32,000 bases of DNA from Bacillus subtilis subsp. subtilis str. 168 (GCF_000009045.1 NC_000964.3:2280001-2312000); one strand, 5' to 3'. Positions 1 through 8,668 are shown, counted from the first letter of the stretch. A program made the numbers and translations. Notes: generated from the sequence alone by a model not told the origin.

Positions 1-867
1 GCAGCATTCACTTTGAGCTTATCGTTGGCAGCCTGCAGCTCAAATGATTCTGAAAAAGTAAGCACAGAAAAAGAAACACCACAAGCGTCTACGGATGTGG
101 AAAAGAAAACAGAACAAAAGGAATCTACTAAAGAAAAAACTGCTGACAAGTCTAAGGAAAAAGACAAAAAGGAATTGGTCGATGTTACTCTAGATAGAGC
201 TGTTGATGGTGACACAATTAAAGTTACCTACAACGGAAATGTAGACACAGTACGCTACTTGCTCATAGACACACCTGAAACAAAGAAACCAAATTCTTGT
301 GTTCAACCATATGGTGAGGATGCGTCAAAACGAAATAAAGAATTGGTCAACAGTGGTAAGCTGCAGCTTGAATTTGACAAAGGTGATCGCAGAGATAAAT
401 ACGGAAGACTATTAGCTTATGTTTATGTGGATGGCAAATCTGTTCAGGAAACATTGCTAAAAGAAGGATTGGCCAGAGTAGCGTATGTATATGAGCCAAA
501 TACGAAATACATAGATCAATTTAAGAAAGACGAGCAAGAAGCAAAATCAGAGAAGCTTTCAATCTGGAGCAAGAATGGATATGTGACTGACCGAGGATTT
601 AATGGCTGTGTGAAAGAGAAAACCACTGCAGTTAAAAAAGCAACAACATCTAAACCGGCAGCAACACAGCCTACAACTCCAAAGGCATCAAGTGAAACTT
701 CGACTACAACTGAAAAAGAAGCTTCTTCAGAGACAACTGGAGGAACAGAAACATTTAAAAATTGCACAGAGTTAAGAAAGAAATATCCGAATGGAGTGCC
801 TAGCTCCCACCCTGCTTACCAATCTAAAATGGACAGGGATCATGACAACTATGCTTGTGAACGATGA
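1..867 (+). CDS. yokF: Secreted lipoprotein nuclease with a staphylococcal-nuclease (SNase) fold and a C-terminal Excalibur Ca-binding domain. The 5' end is cut by the window edge.
   Basis: The frame is open from nt 1. Lipobox LSLAAC. SNase motifs DGDTIKV, RYLLIDTPE, DKYGRLLAYVY and LLKEGLARVAY. K/E-rich and T/S/P-rich linkers. C-terminal FKNCTELRKKYPNG...DRDHDNYACE (Excalibur-like). Confidence 0.85.
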   Translation, partial: AAFTLSLSLAACSSNDSEKVSTEKETPQASTDVEKKTEQKESTKEKTADKSKEKDKKELVDVTLDRAVDGDTIKVTYNGNVDTVRYLLIDTPETKKPNSCVQPYGEDASKRNKELVNSGKLQLEFDKGDRRDKYGRLLAYVYVDGKSVQETLLKEGLARVAYVYEPNTKYIDQFKKDEQEAKSEKLSIWSKNGYVTDRGFNGCVKEKTTAVKKATTSKPAATQPTTPKASSETSTTTEKEASSETTGGTETFKNCTELRKKYPNGVPSSHPAYQSKMDRDHDNYACER

Positions 868-880
868 AAGGAGATAAGTG

Positions 881-1363
881 ATGGGACAAAAATTTCATAA
901 ATTAAACTCTAAGTATGGAATCATAGATTATCCAATACTTTTAAAAGATCTTGAGTCCATCATTCAAGAATTCCCTAAATCAGAAAGAAAGTTTTATGAG
1001 TATGCAATTAAAGCTTTAAAAAAGGAAGTTGGGAAAAAGGAAAAGATTTTACATATGACTTCTGCAGATCCAAAGCTTACTAAATTTGGTTTTATGGTTA
1101 TCACTGAAAAGAAACTTCTATTTGTCACTATGAAAGGCGGTTTTTTCGGGGGTGCAGATACTGAAGTTGTTGAATTTAAAAGTATCAAAGAAGTTGACTT
1201 CGATATTGCTCCAAATCCCTTGGGAATGGCCACGATGCAATTGGGTATCCTCCATTTAAAAATCAAAGGTAAGCTTGGAATGAGTAGCAAGCGTACCATT
1301 AGAAATATTGATGAACATTCTCTTGATAAAATAGTAGCTATACTAAGAGAGCAAACAAAATAA
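881..1363 (+). CDS. yokE: Small cytoplasmic protein, bacterial PH-like domain (YokE-like)
   Basis: AAAGGAG lies 7-8 nt before ATG 881, and the GTG at 878 is too close to it. The gene follows the yokF stop by about 13 nt and is followed by a strong terminator. Family assignment is from recall. Confidence 0.7.
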   Translation: MGQKFHKLNSKYGIIDYPILLKDLESIIQEFPKSERKFYEYAIKALKKEVGKKEKILHMTSADPKLTKFGFMVITEKKLLFVTMKGGFFGGADTEVVEFKSIKEVDFDIAPNPLGMATMQLGILHLKIKGKLGMSSKRTIRNIDEHSLDKIVAILREQTK

Positions 1364-1392
1364 AAAGCCCGTTTTTGGGCTTTTCTTTTTTT
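1364..1392 (+). terminator. Rho-independent terminator after yokE
   Basis: AAAGCCC-gttttt-GGGCTTT stem followed by a long T tract. Confidence 0.85.
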
Positions 1393-1666
1393 ATATGGCT
1401 AAGTTAAAGATAAAGGTTGATTTAATATTATGGATAACGGAGTTTCTTATATTTTATGTAGTTTTAAATGGATTTCTAAGTTTACTTGGTTATTTATGTT
1501 AAACTAAATATAAAGAGATTGTAATAACTTCCACTTAAATTAACGGGTCAGTTAGTTTAAGAAGATGAATAAAAAAACAACACCTTTCATCAAGGGGTCT
1601 TGCTAATTTAATTGTTGCAAACTTACAGAGTATCTAATAAGAGGTTATAGATAGGAGATGAACTAA

Positions 1667-2485
1667 ATGAAAAAAATAGTTGAAAGTACAACTTTTCCAA
1701 GAACAAAACAGTCTATAACAGAAGATTTGAAAGCTTTAGGATTAAAGAAAGGGATGACCGTACTTGTACATTCCTCTTTATCTTCTATAGGATGGGTAAA
1801 TGGTGGAGCTGTTGCTGTGATTCAAGCATTAATAGATGTTGTTACTGAAGAAGGTACCATCGTGATGCCTTCTCAATCCGTGGAATTATCTGACCCAAAA
1901 GAATGGGGAAACCCTCCCGTACCAGAGGAGTGGTGGGATATTATTAGAGAAAGTATGCCAGCCTATAATTCTAACTATACCCCCACTACTAGAGGGATGG
2001 GGCAAATAGTAGAGTTATTCAGGTCTTATCCAGAAGTTAAAAGAAGTAATCACCCAAACTACTCCTTTGTAGCTTGGGGAAAACATAAAAACAAAATCCT
2101 TAATCAACATCCTTTAGAATTCGGACTGGGTGAACAATCACCTCTGGGGAAACTTTATATACGGGAATCATATGTATTATTATTAGGTGCTGATTTTGAT
2201 AGTAGTACCTGCTTCCATCTTGCTGAGTACAGAATTCCTTATCAAAAAATTATAAACAGGGGTGCACCTATAATAGTAGAAGGTAAAAGAGTATGGAAAG
2301 AATATAAAGAACTTGAATTTAGAGAAGAACTATTTCAAGAAGTCGGTCAAGCGTTTGAAGCAGAACATAATATGAAAGTTGGCAAAGTGGGTTCTGCTAA
2401 TTGCCGCCTTTTTTCACTTACAGAAGCAGTGGATTTTGCTGAGAAATGGTTTATTAATAATGATAGTAAAAATATAAAAAAATAG
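1667..2485 (+). CDS. yokD: Aminoglycoside 3-N-acetyltransferase (AAC(3)) family protein
   Basis: 272 aa. The N-terminal block TKQSITEDLKALGLKKGMTVLVHSSLSSIGWVNGGA and the later NHPNYSF/FHLAEYR blocks are typical of AAC(3)/YokD. RBS ATAGGAGA lies 8 nt upstream of the start. Confidence 0.85.
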   Translation: MKKIVESTTFPRTKQSITEDLKALGLKKGMTVLVHSSLSSIGWVNGGAVAVIQALIDVVTEEGTIVMPSQSVELSDPKEWGNPPVPEEWWDIIRESMPAYNSNYTPTTRGMGQIVELFRSYPEVKRSNHPNYSFVAWGKHKNKILNQHPLEFGLGEQSPLGKLYIRESYVLLLGADFDSSTCFHLAEYRIPYQKIINRGAPIIVEGKRVWKEYKELEFREELFQEVGQAFEAEHNMKVGKVGSANCRLFSLTEAVDFAEKWFINNDSKNIKK

Positions 2486-2565
2486 CTTGGTCTACCAAAT
2501 GAGTTTAGTAACACTTTTTAAAACTATCGGGTTCTTTAGGTTTAAAATTGACAGTTAAATCATTG

Positions 2566-2598
2566 AGCTTGGAAGGAAATTTTTCAAGCTTATTTTTA
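2566..2598 (+). terminator. Candidate AT-rich terminator for yokD
   Basis: AGCTTGGA-9 nt loop-TTCAAGCT (8 bp including one G.U pair) followed by TATTTTTA, about 80 nt after the yokD stop. Confidence 0.45.
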
Positions 2599-2680
2599 GT
2601 GTCCACCTGTTTAGCCTTTTCACTGAGAAGGCCTCCCACTCTTTTGATCCTCGCTTAACAATGGGAGGGCTTAACTCGTT

Positions 2681-2717
2681 ATAAAAATAAGCGCTCTCCC
2701 CTTCGGAAATACGCCTG
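2681..2717 (-). terminator. Candidate terminator for the yokU-like ORF
   Basis: On the minus strand, AGGCGTATTTCC-gaa-GGGGAGAGCGCTT is followed by ATTTTTAT. The stem is interrupted. Confidence 0.35.
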
Positions 2718-2800
2718 GCTATTTATTACCTTATTATCATATTAGCCGATGTAAAGCAAAACAGAGTGTCACGTTGACTCAAAAATTTTGTCAAATCATT

Positions 2801-2956
2801 TCATCCATAATAATCATCTGAATTGTAATTAAAGTACTCAAAAGTATCTTCAATGACTTTCTTGCAGATATCACATACATCCCAATGTCCCATATCATTT
2901 TGTTCGGTATAAACTTTGGACACTTCACAAGTGCAATAGTCTACTTCTTTAAACAT
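2801..2956 (-). CDS. yokU: 51-aa CxC...CxxC mini-protein (Zn-ribbon-like), below the ORF-track cutoff
   Basis: Hand translation gives MFKEVDYCTCEVSKVYTEQNDMGHWDVCDICKKVIEDTFEYFNYNSDDYYG. A strong RBS GAAGGGGGA lies 5-6 nt before the ATG. The gene name is recalled from the 168 annotation and is uncertain. Confidence 0.65.
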   Translation of the reverse strand: MFKEVDYCTCEVSKVYTEQNDMGHWDVCDICKKVIEDTFEYFNYNSDDYYG

Positions 2957-2982
2957 GCTTATCCCCCTTCGTCTTTGAGATT

Positions 2983-2991
2983 ATCATACCA
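2983..2991 (-). promoter_or_regulatory. Extended -10 (TGgTATGAT) candidate promoter for the yokU-like ORF
   Basis: The minus strand reads TGGTATGAT about 27 nt upstream of the ATG. There is no good -35. Confidence 0.35.
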
Positions 2992-3135
2992 CGTAATCCA
3001 CGAATTAACTTATGCTTTATACAATGCGGCTCGCCTCTTCATTCTTTAATTTCCTTCACTAAGTAAATCACTTTACAAATCCACCAAAAATGCAGATTCA
3101 AAGCCCTTTGCAACTCTCTGTTGTATAAATCAATT

Positions 3136-3651
3136 TTATATCCCCCATTCAGTGACTGCATAAATAATTTCATTTGGGTTAGGATCATGATCTAAATATC
3201 CGCCATATCGAGACACTAGAACCCCATATTTAAAATTAAAGTCAATAATCCATAAATCGCTGTTATTTATTTGTTCCCACAGAAAATTAAAGTTCTCTAT
3301 TATCCAGTTACCGTTAATCAGAAAAATTGGGCTATCCTCTATCCCTAAATATAAGTAAACTTGTTCATCAGGAAGCTTAGTTTGTTGCACATGATTGATC
3401 ACTTCATATTCCCAACTGTATTCTTTTCTATGCTCACTGTATTTAATTGCAAAATCATTTTTATGTAACTCAAAGTTCCATTTTTTCTGAACTTTATCTA
3501 GGATTCTTTCTAATTCAGGAGATGTGATTAGACTACAATCCTCAATAGTAGTTGCCATATCACGAGGCAGTGTTGACATCAATGTTACTCGGAGGCTTTT
3601 TTGTTTGTTTATTTTCAACTTCTGTCTAAGAAGCATTTTTCGATTGTCCAT
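3136..3651 (-). CDS. yokC: Uncharacterised cytoplasmic prophage protein (171 aa)
   Basis: The ORF track extends to 3753. The internal ATG at 3651 (MDNRKMLL...) has GGAGGATAGT immediately upstream, whereas the 3753 start has no SD. I see no signal peptide or TM segment. The protein is W/N/Y-rich. Confidence 0.7.
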   Translation of the reverse strand: MDNRKMLLRQKLKINKQKSLRVTLMSTLPRDMATTIEDCSLITSPELERILDKVQKKWNFELHKNDFAIKYSEHRKEYSWEYEVINHVQQTKLPDEQVYLYLGIEDSPIFLINGNWIIENFNFLWEQINNSDLWIIDFNFKYGVLVSRYGGYLDHDPNPNEIIYAVTEWGI

Positions 3652-3680
3652 ACTATCCTCCATAAATAATAATGTAAGGT

Positions 3681-3721
3681 TAATAAAAGAAGCCAGAGAG
3701 TATGTGAGGGAACTCTCTGGC
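3681..3721 (-). terminator. Terminator-like GC hairpin 30-70 nt upstream of the yokC start
   Basis: Perfect 9-bp stem GCCAGAGAG/CTCTCTGGC with a 12-nt loop, followed on the minus strand by TTCTTTTATT. Confidence 0.5.
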
Positions 3722-3797
3722 CTATAGTGGTTGATACACCAACTATGATACATATACAGGATACTTTATATTTGTGATGTATTCAAGCAGCTTTCAG

Positions 3798-3827
3798 GTT
3801 TAAATAAAATGTGAATTTTATTTAAAC
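3798..3827. repeat. Perfect 13-bp AT-rich inverted repeat with a 4-nt spacer
   Basis: GTTTAAATAAAAT-gtga-ATTTTATTTAAAC, 30 nt downstream of the yokB stop. It could be a terminator stem or an operator. Confidence 0.6.
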
Positions 3828-3857
3828 TACTTAACGTACACTTATTTATACTGCTAC

Positions 3858-4568
3858 TTATTTATTGTCCTTTATATGCTCTTCCCCATAAATACTCTTC
3901 ATTGTTTCTTCACGTTTTTTCTCTTCCCTTTTCTCTTCCTCTGGAGATACTTTCTTTACTTCTGGTATTTCCATGTTTTTAAGTTTGTCATACACCATAG
4001 GGCGTGAATATCTTCCTGTGCTGCCGGGAAAATATGCGTCTATCAAGTTGTATTTATTATCCATCAACATTTCAAACTCATAGTAAGTATCCGCTTGGTT
4101 TCCAGTTCCTTTTATTTCATAAGAAGATTGAATGTAATATAAACCATCATCCCTTTTTTCTACCAAACTTTTTTCATAATCAGCTGGAATTGTTCTTTCT
4201 GGTACTCCGAACATTTCTTTAACAAGCCAGGATACTTTTTCATAGATATCTTTATGTGTAGTACTTGTTTGAGACTTTGCAGAATATTTATCTGTTTCGC
4301 TTGCATCCAACTCCTTTTGCCCTTCTTCACTTTTATAGTACTCAGTGATCTGTTCACACTCTTCTTTTCCGTACACTTCAATACAATCATCCATATTTGG
4401 AGTATCCGCGAGTTTATTATCATTTTCCTTTACACCTTCTTCGGAGGATTCCTCTTTAGACTCATTTTTATTTTTAGAACCATCATTTGAATTCGCACTA
4501 CTTTCAGCACACCCACCAGTGAAGAAAATAAAAGATACACAAACTAACATTGAAAAGCGAATATTCAT
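3858..4568 (-). CDS. yokB: Uncharacterised prophage lipoprotein
   Basis: 236 aa. Signal peptide plus lipobox (FIFFTGGC). An acidic S/E/K/N-rich linker is followed by a Y-rich globular part and an EEKREEKKREE tail. RBS AGGAGGG precedes the start. Confidence 0.75.
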   Translation of the reverse strand: MNIRFSMLVCVSFIFFTGGCAESSANSNDGSKNKNESKEESSEEGVKENDNKLADTPNMDDCIEVYGKEECEQITEYYKSEEGQKELDASETDKYSAKSQTSTTHKDIYEKVSWLVKEMFGVPERTIPADYEKSLVEKRDDGLYYIQSSYEIKGTGNQADTYYEFEMLMDNKYNLIDAYFPGSTGRYSRPMVYDKLKNMEIPEVKKVSPEEEKREEKKREETMKSIYGEEHIKDNK

Positions 4569-4755
4569 AAAGCCCTCCTGGATTTATAAAGTATTTACAA
4601 TGAATTTAGATGAACTAATTATAACCCATGTTCAAGAAGGTTTTTCATAAAATTTCAATCAATTCAATTCCTTCAAATTATTGTATTGTTTTCGTATTCA
4701 ATGTCAGATAAAATATTCTTAATTAAGTTTCTGTTTTGACATTAAACACAAATAA

Positions 4756-6408
<1,653 letters not shown>

Positions 6409-6429
6409 GAAAAGTAGTAAGTATCTTAA

Positions 6430-7053
6430 AAAACAGATAAAGCTGTATCTCCTGTGAACACAATGGGTGCCACCAAGCTGTTATCTGAAAAGCTGTTTCA
6501 TCAAGCAAACCGCCACGTCCAAAACAAAGGAACCTTGTTTTGTTCGGTCCGCTTTGGAAATGTTCTCGGTTCCAGAGGTTCGGTCATCCCCATATTATTT
6601 GAACAGATGATGGAGGGTGAACCTCTGACCATCACAGACAAAAACATGACCAGATTTTTCATGTCAATAGACGATGCAGCTACATTGACATTACAATCGG
6701 CTGCTATTACAAAAGGCGGAGAAACCTTTATTTTCAAAATGGAATCACTGAAACTTGAAGAACTGATTCATGGGTTTGAAGAATATGCATCGCAGCACGG
6801 GCTCCCGCGGCCGGCTGCAGTAGAAGTGGGCAAGCGTCCAGGTGAAAAGCTTCACGAAGAATTAACATCTCCACATGAAATTGAATCACTGTATGAATGG
6901 GGCAACCTTTATGCGATCCTTCCAGAGCCGGAAAAACATCCTGACTTTCGCAAAGTCAATCTGCCTGGGTATCAATCAGATCAAGCCCCGCTCATTACGA
7001 AAGAAAGAATTGCTCAGATTATTGAAGAATTGCATCAAGAGAAAAAGGCATAA
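6430..7053 (+). pseudogene. ypqP: 3' fragment of the split CapD/PseB-like polysaccharide 4,6-dehydratase gene spsM (annotated ypqP in lysogens)
   Basis: The frame is open from 6430 and reads K-TDKAVSPVNTMGATKLLSEK..., the conserved STDKAV..MGATK block. The whole N-terminal Rossmann part is missing. The ORF-track GTG at 6454 has no SD. Confidence 0.8.
6433..6448. other. attR core (prophage/host crossover sequence)
   Basis: ACAGATAAAGCTGTAT is an imperfect dyad. It matches my recall of the SPbeta 16-bp core. It lies 25 nt after the sprA stop, at the point where composition changes and where the host ORF's homology begins. Confidence 0.7.
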
Positions 7054-7090
7054 AAACAAGCCTGTCTATCCATTAGGCAGGCCTGTTTTT
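7052..7090. terminator. Bidirectional terminator between ypqP and msrB
   Basis: 12-bp stem ACAAGCCTGTCT/AGGCAGGCCTGT (one mismatch, one G.U pair) with a 7-nt loop. An A-run lies before it and a T-run after it. Confidence 0.8.
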
Positions 7091-7096
7091 AACAGT

Positions 7097-7528
7097 TTAT
7101 TTATTAAAGAGATGCAGATAGCTTTCGTATCCTTCTTCTTTTAGCTTATGCTTCGGAACAAACCGCAGCGCTGCTGAATTTATGCAGTAACGAAGTCCGT
7201 TTGGCCCCGGTCCGTCATTAAATACGTGGCCAAGATGAGAATCAGCAGTTCGGCTTCTTACTTCTGTGCGAATCATGCCGTGGCTCGTGTCCAGTTTTTC
7301 TTCCACTTCTTCTTCAATCGGCTTTGTAAAGCTTGGCCAGCCGCATTGGGAATCAAATTTATCTTTGGATGTAAACAATGGCTTGCCTGACACAATGTCT
7401 ACATACAACCCTTCTTCCTTATGATCCCAATATTCATTTTGAAATGGCGGCTCCGTGCCGTTATTTTGCGTTACTTCATATTGCATGCGATTTAATGACT
7501 TTATTTTTTCTTCTTTATTGTACGCCAT
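7097..7528 (-). CDS. msrB: Peptide methionine-R-sulfoxide reductase
   Basis: 143 aa. Motifs CGWPSF and [11 protein letters not shown]. The ATG directly follows the msrA TAA. Confidence 0.9.
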   Translation of the reverse strand: MAYNKEEKIKSLNRMQYEVTQNNGTEPPFQNEYWDHKEEGLYVDIVSGKPLFTSKDKFDSQCGWPSFTKPIEEEVEEKLDTSHGMIRTEVRSRTADSHLGHVFNDGPGPNGLRYCINSAALRFVPKHKLKEEGYESYLHLFNK

Positions 7529-8062
7529 TTATTTAGCCCCCCAATGCTCGCTGATAAATCCCGCTCGTCCGGAACCTGTCCGGTAGCGCTGATAATGTGC
7601 TGGATTCTTTTTATAAAAATGCTGATGGTAGCCTTCCGCTTCATAGAAAGGTTCAGCTTTTAAAATGTCCGTTACAATCGGATCTTTAAAGATGCCGCTT
7701 TCCGCCAGACGTTGCTTGGAAGCTTCCGCAAGCTCCTTTTGTTTATCATTATGATAAAAAATGGCTGCGCGATAGGAACTGCCGCGATCAGCAAATTGCC
7801 CTCCGGCATCTGTCGGATCGATTTGCTGCCAAAATAATTCAAGCAGTTTTTCATAAGGGAATACATCAGGATGAAACGTGATTTGAACGGCTTCACGATG
7901 TCCCGTCGTTTCACTGCACACCTCTTCGTACGTAGGGTTTTCAGTATGGCCGCCTGTATACCCGGACACCACTTTTTCAATTCCCGGCTGTTCGTCAAAA
8001 GGTTTAACCATACACCAAAAACAGCCTCCTGCAAATGTGGCGATTTCTTTTTTTTCAGACAT
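7529..8062 (-). CDS. msrA: Peptide methionine-S-sulfoxide reductase
   Basis: 177 aa. Active-site motif GGCFWC. RBS AAAGGAGG precedes the start. Confidence 0.9.
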   Translation of the reverse strand: MSEKKEIATFAGGCFWCMVKPFDEQPGIEKVVSGYTGGHTENPTYEEVCSETTGHREAVQITFHPDVFPYEKLLELFWQQIDPTDAGGQFADRGSSYRAAIFYHNDKQKELAEASKQRLAESGIFKDPIVTDILKAEPFYEAEGYHQHFYKKNPAHYQRYRTGSGRAGFISEHWGAK

Positions 8063-8098
8063 ACTGGTGCCTCCTTTGTTAATACGTGGTATTATTAT

Positions 8099-8126
8099 AT
8101 TATAGCATGTAAAAATAGAATGAAAA
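8099..8126 (-). promoter_or_regulatory. Candidate sigmaA promoter of msrAB
   Basis: On the minus strand, TTTTCA-16 nt-TATAAT lies about 37 nt upstream of the ATG. Confidence 0.4.
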
Positions 8127-8193
8127 TGATTCTGCTTTTCAATAAAATCTATAGGTTTTAAGCAATATGCTTATGTAATGGAGGTTCACAAAT

Positions 8194-8619
8194 TTGAAAG
8201 TAAGAACACAGATGATGTACGATATGGAAACTTTACTCCGTAAAGTCTTTAAACAAATACGCAATGAAATCAATGAAATTTTAGATAAAGAGCTGTCGCG
8301 GAATGAATTCACCATTCTTCGAATCCTTAGTGAACAAGGGCCTAAAAAAGTCACTGAATTTGCGCCTATTTTAGAGGTATCGGCAAGCCACATTACGGCT
8401 GTGACCGATGCGCTGGTAGAAAAGGAATGGATTACGAGAATCAGATCGAAGGAAGACAGACGCATCATCCGCATTCATATCACTGAAGCGGGCGAAAAAG
8501 TCCTTCAGCACTTTAACGAGAAAAAAACGGAATATTTCTTTAAACGCTTTGACTGCTACACTGATGCTGAACTTGCCACGTTAATCGAGCTCTTCAGCAA
8601 ACTTGATAAAAAACGGTGA
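8194..8619 (+). CDS. ypoP: MarR-family transcriptional regulator
   Basis: 141 aa. TTG start after GGAGG. MarR-like winged HTH (EFTILRILSEQGPKKVTEFAPILEVSASHITAVTDALVEKEWI...DRR). Confidence 0.85.
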   Translation: MKVRTQMMYDMETLLRKVFKQIRNEINEILDKELSRNEFTILRILSEQGPKKVTEFAPILEVSASHITAVTDALVEKEWITRIRSKEDRRIIRIHITEAGEKVLQHFNEKKTEYFFKRFDCYTDAELATLIELFSKLDKKR

Positions 8620-8620
8620 A

Positions 8621-8655
8621 AAAAAGCACATACCGATATATAGGTATGTGCTTTT
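8621..8655. terminator. Bidirectional terminator between ypoP and ypnP
   Basis: GCACATACC-8 nt-GGTATGTGC flanked by an A-run and a T-run. Confidence 0.85.
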
Positions 8656-8668
8656 CGCAGTGCTTCAC

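Noticed and set aside
2763-2795. Minus-strand TTGACA just after the yokU stop, and the nearby GTCACGTTGAC near-palindrome
   Set aside because: There is no acceptable -10 at 16-18 nt (it reads TGACAC), and the palindrome is imperfect and short. This is probably a chance match.
3652-3753. 34-codon N-terminal extension of yokC
   Set aside because: It has no SD at 3753, and the extension would be translated through the GC hairpin. The internal ATG at 3651 has a consensus GGAGG.
4004-4650. Cluster of plus-strand ORFs (72, 78 and 101 aa) and an 87-aa minus-strand alternative frame over yokB
   Set aside because: They are AT-rich, low-complexity artefacts opposite or overlapping the lipoprotein gene, and none has an SD.
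4734-4739. Perfect TTGACA upstream of sprA
   Set aside because: A -10 placed 17 nt downstream would fall on the SD itself (AAAGAGGTG). That leaves no leader, so this is not a usable promoter for sprA.
6875-7144. 89-aa alternative-frame ORF spanning the ypqP 3' end, the terminator and the msrB 3' end
   Set aside because: It crosses a strong bidirectional terminator and overlaps two supported genes. It has no SD.
7672-8034. 120-aa alternative-frame ORF inside msrA, and the 96-aa ORF at 7871-8161 on the plus strand
   Set aside because: They overlap the msrA frame that carries the GGCFWC active site. They have no independent start signals.
8139-8474. 111-aa ORF antisense to ypoP
   Set aside because: It is a shadow ORF of the MarR gene and has no start signals.
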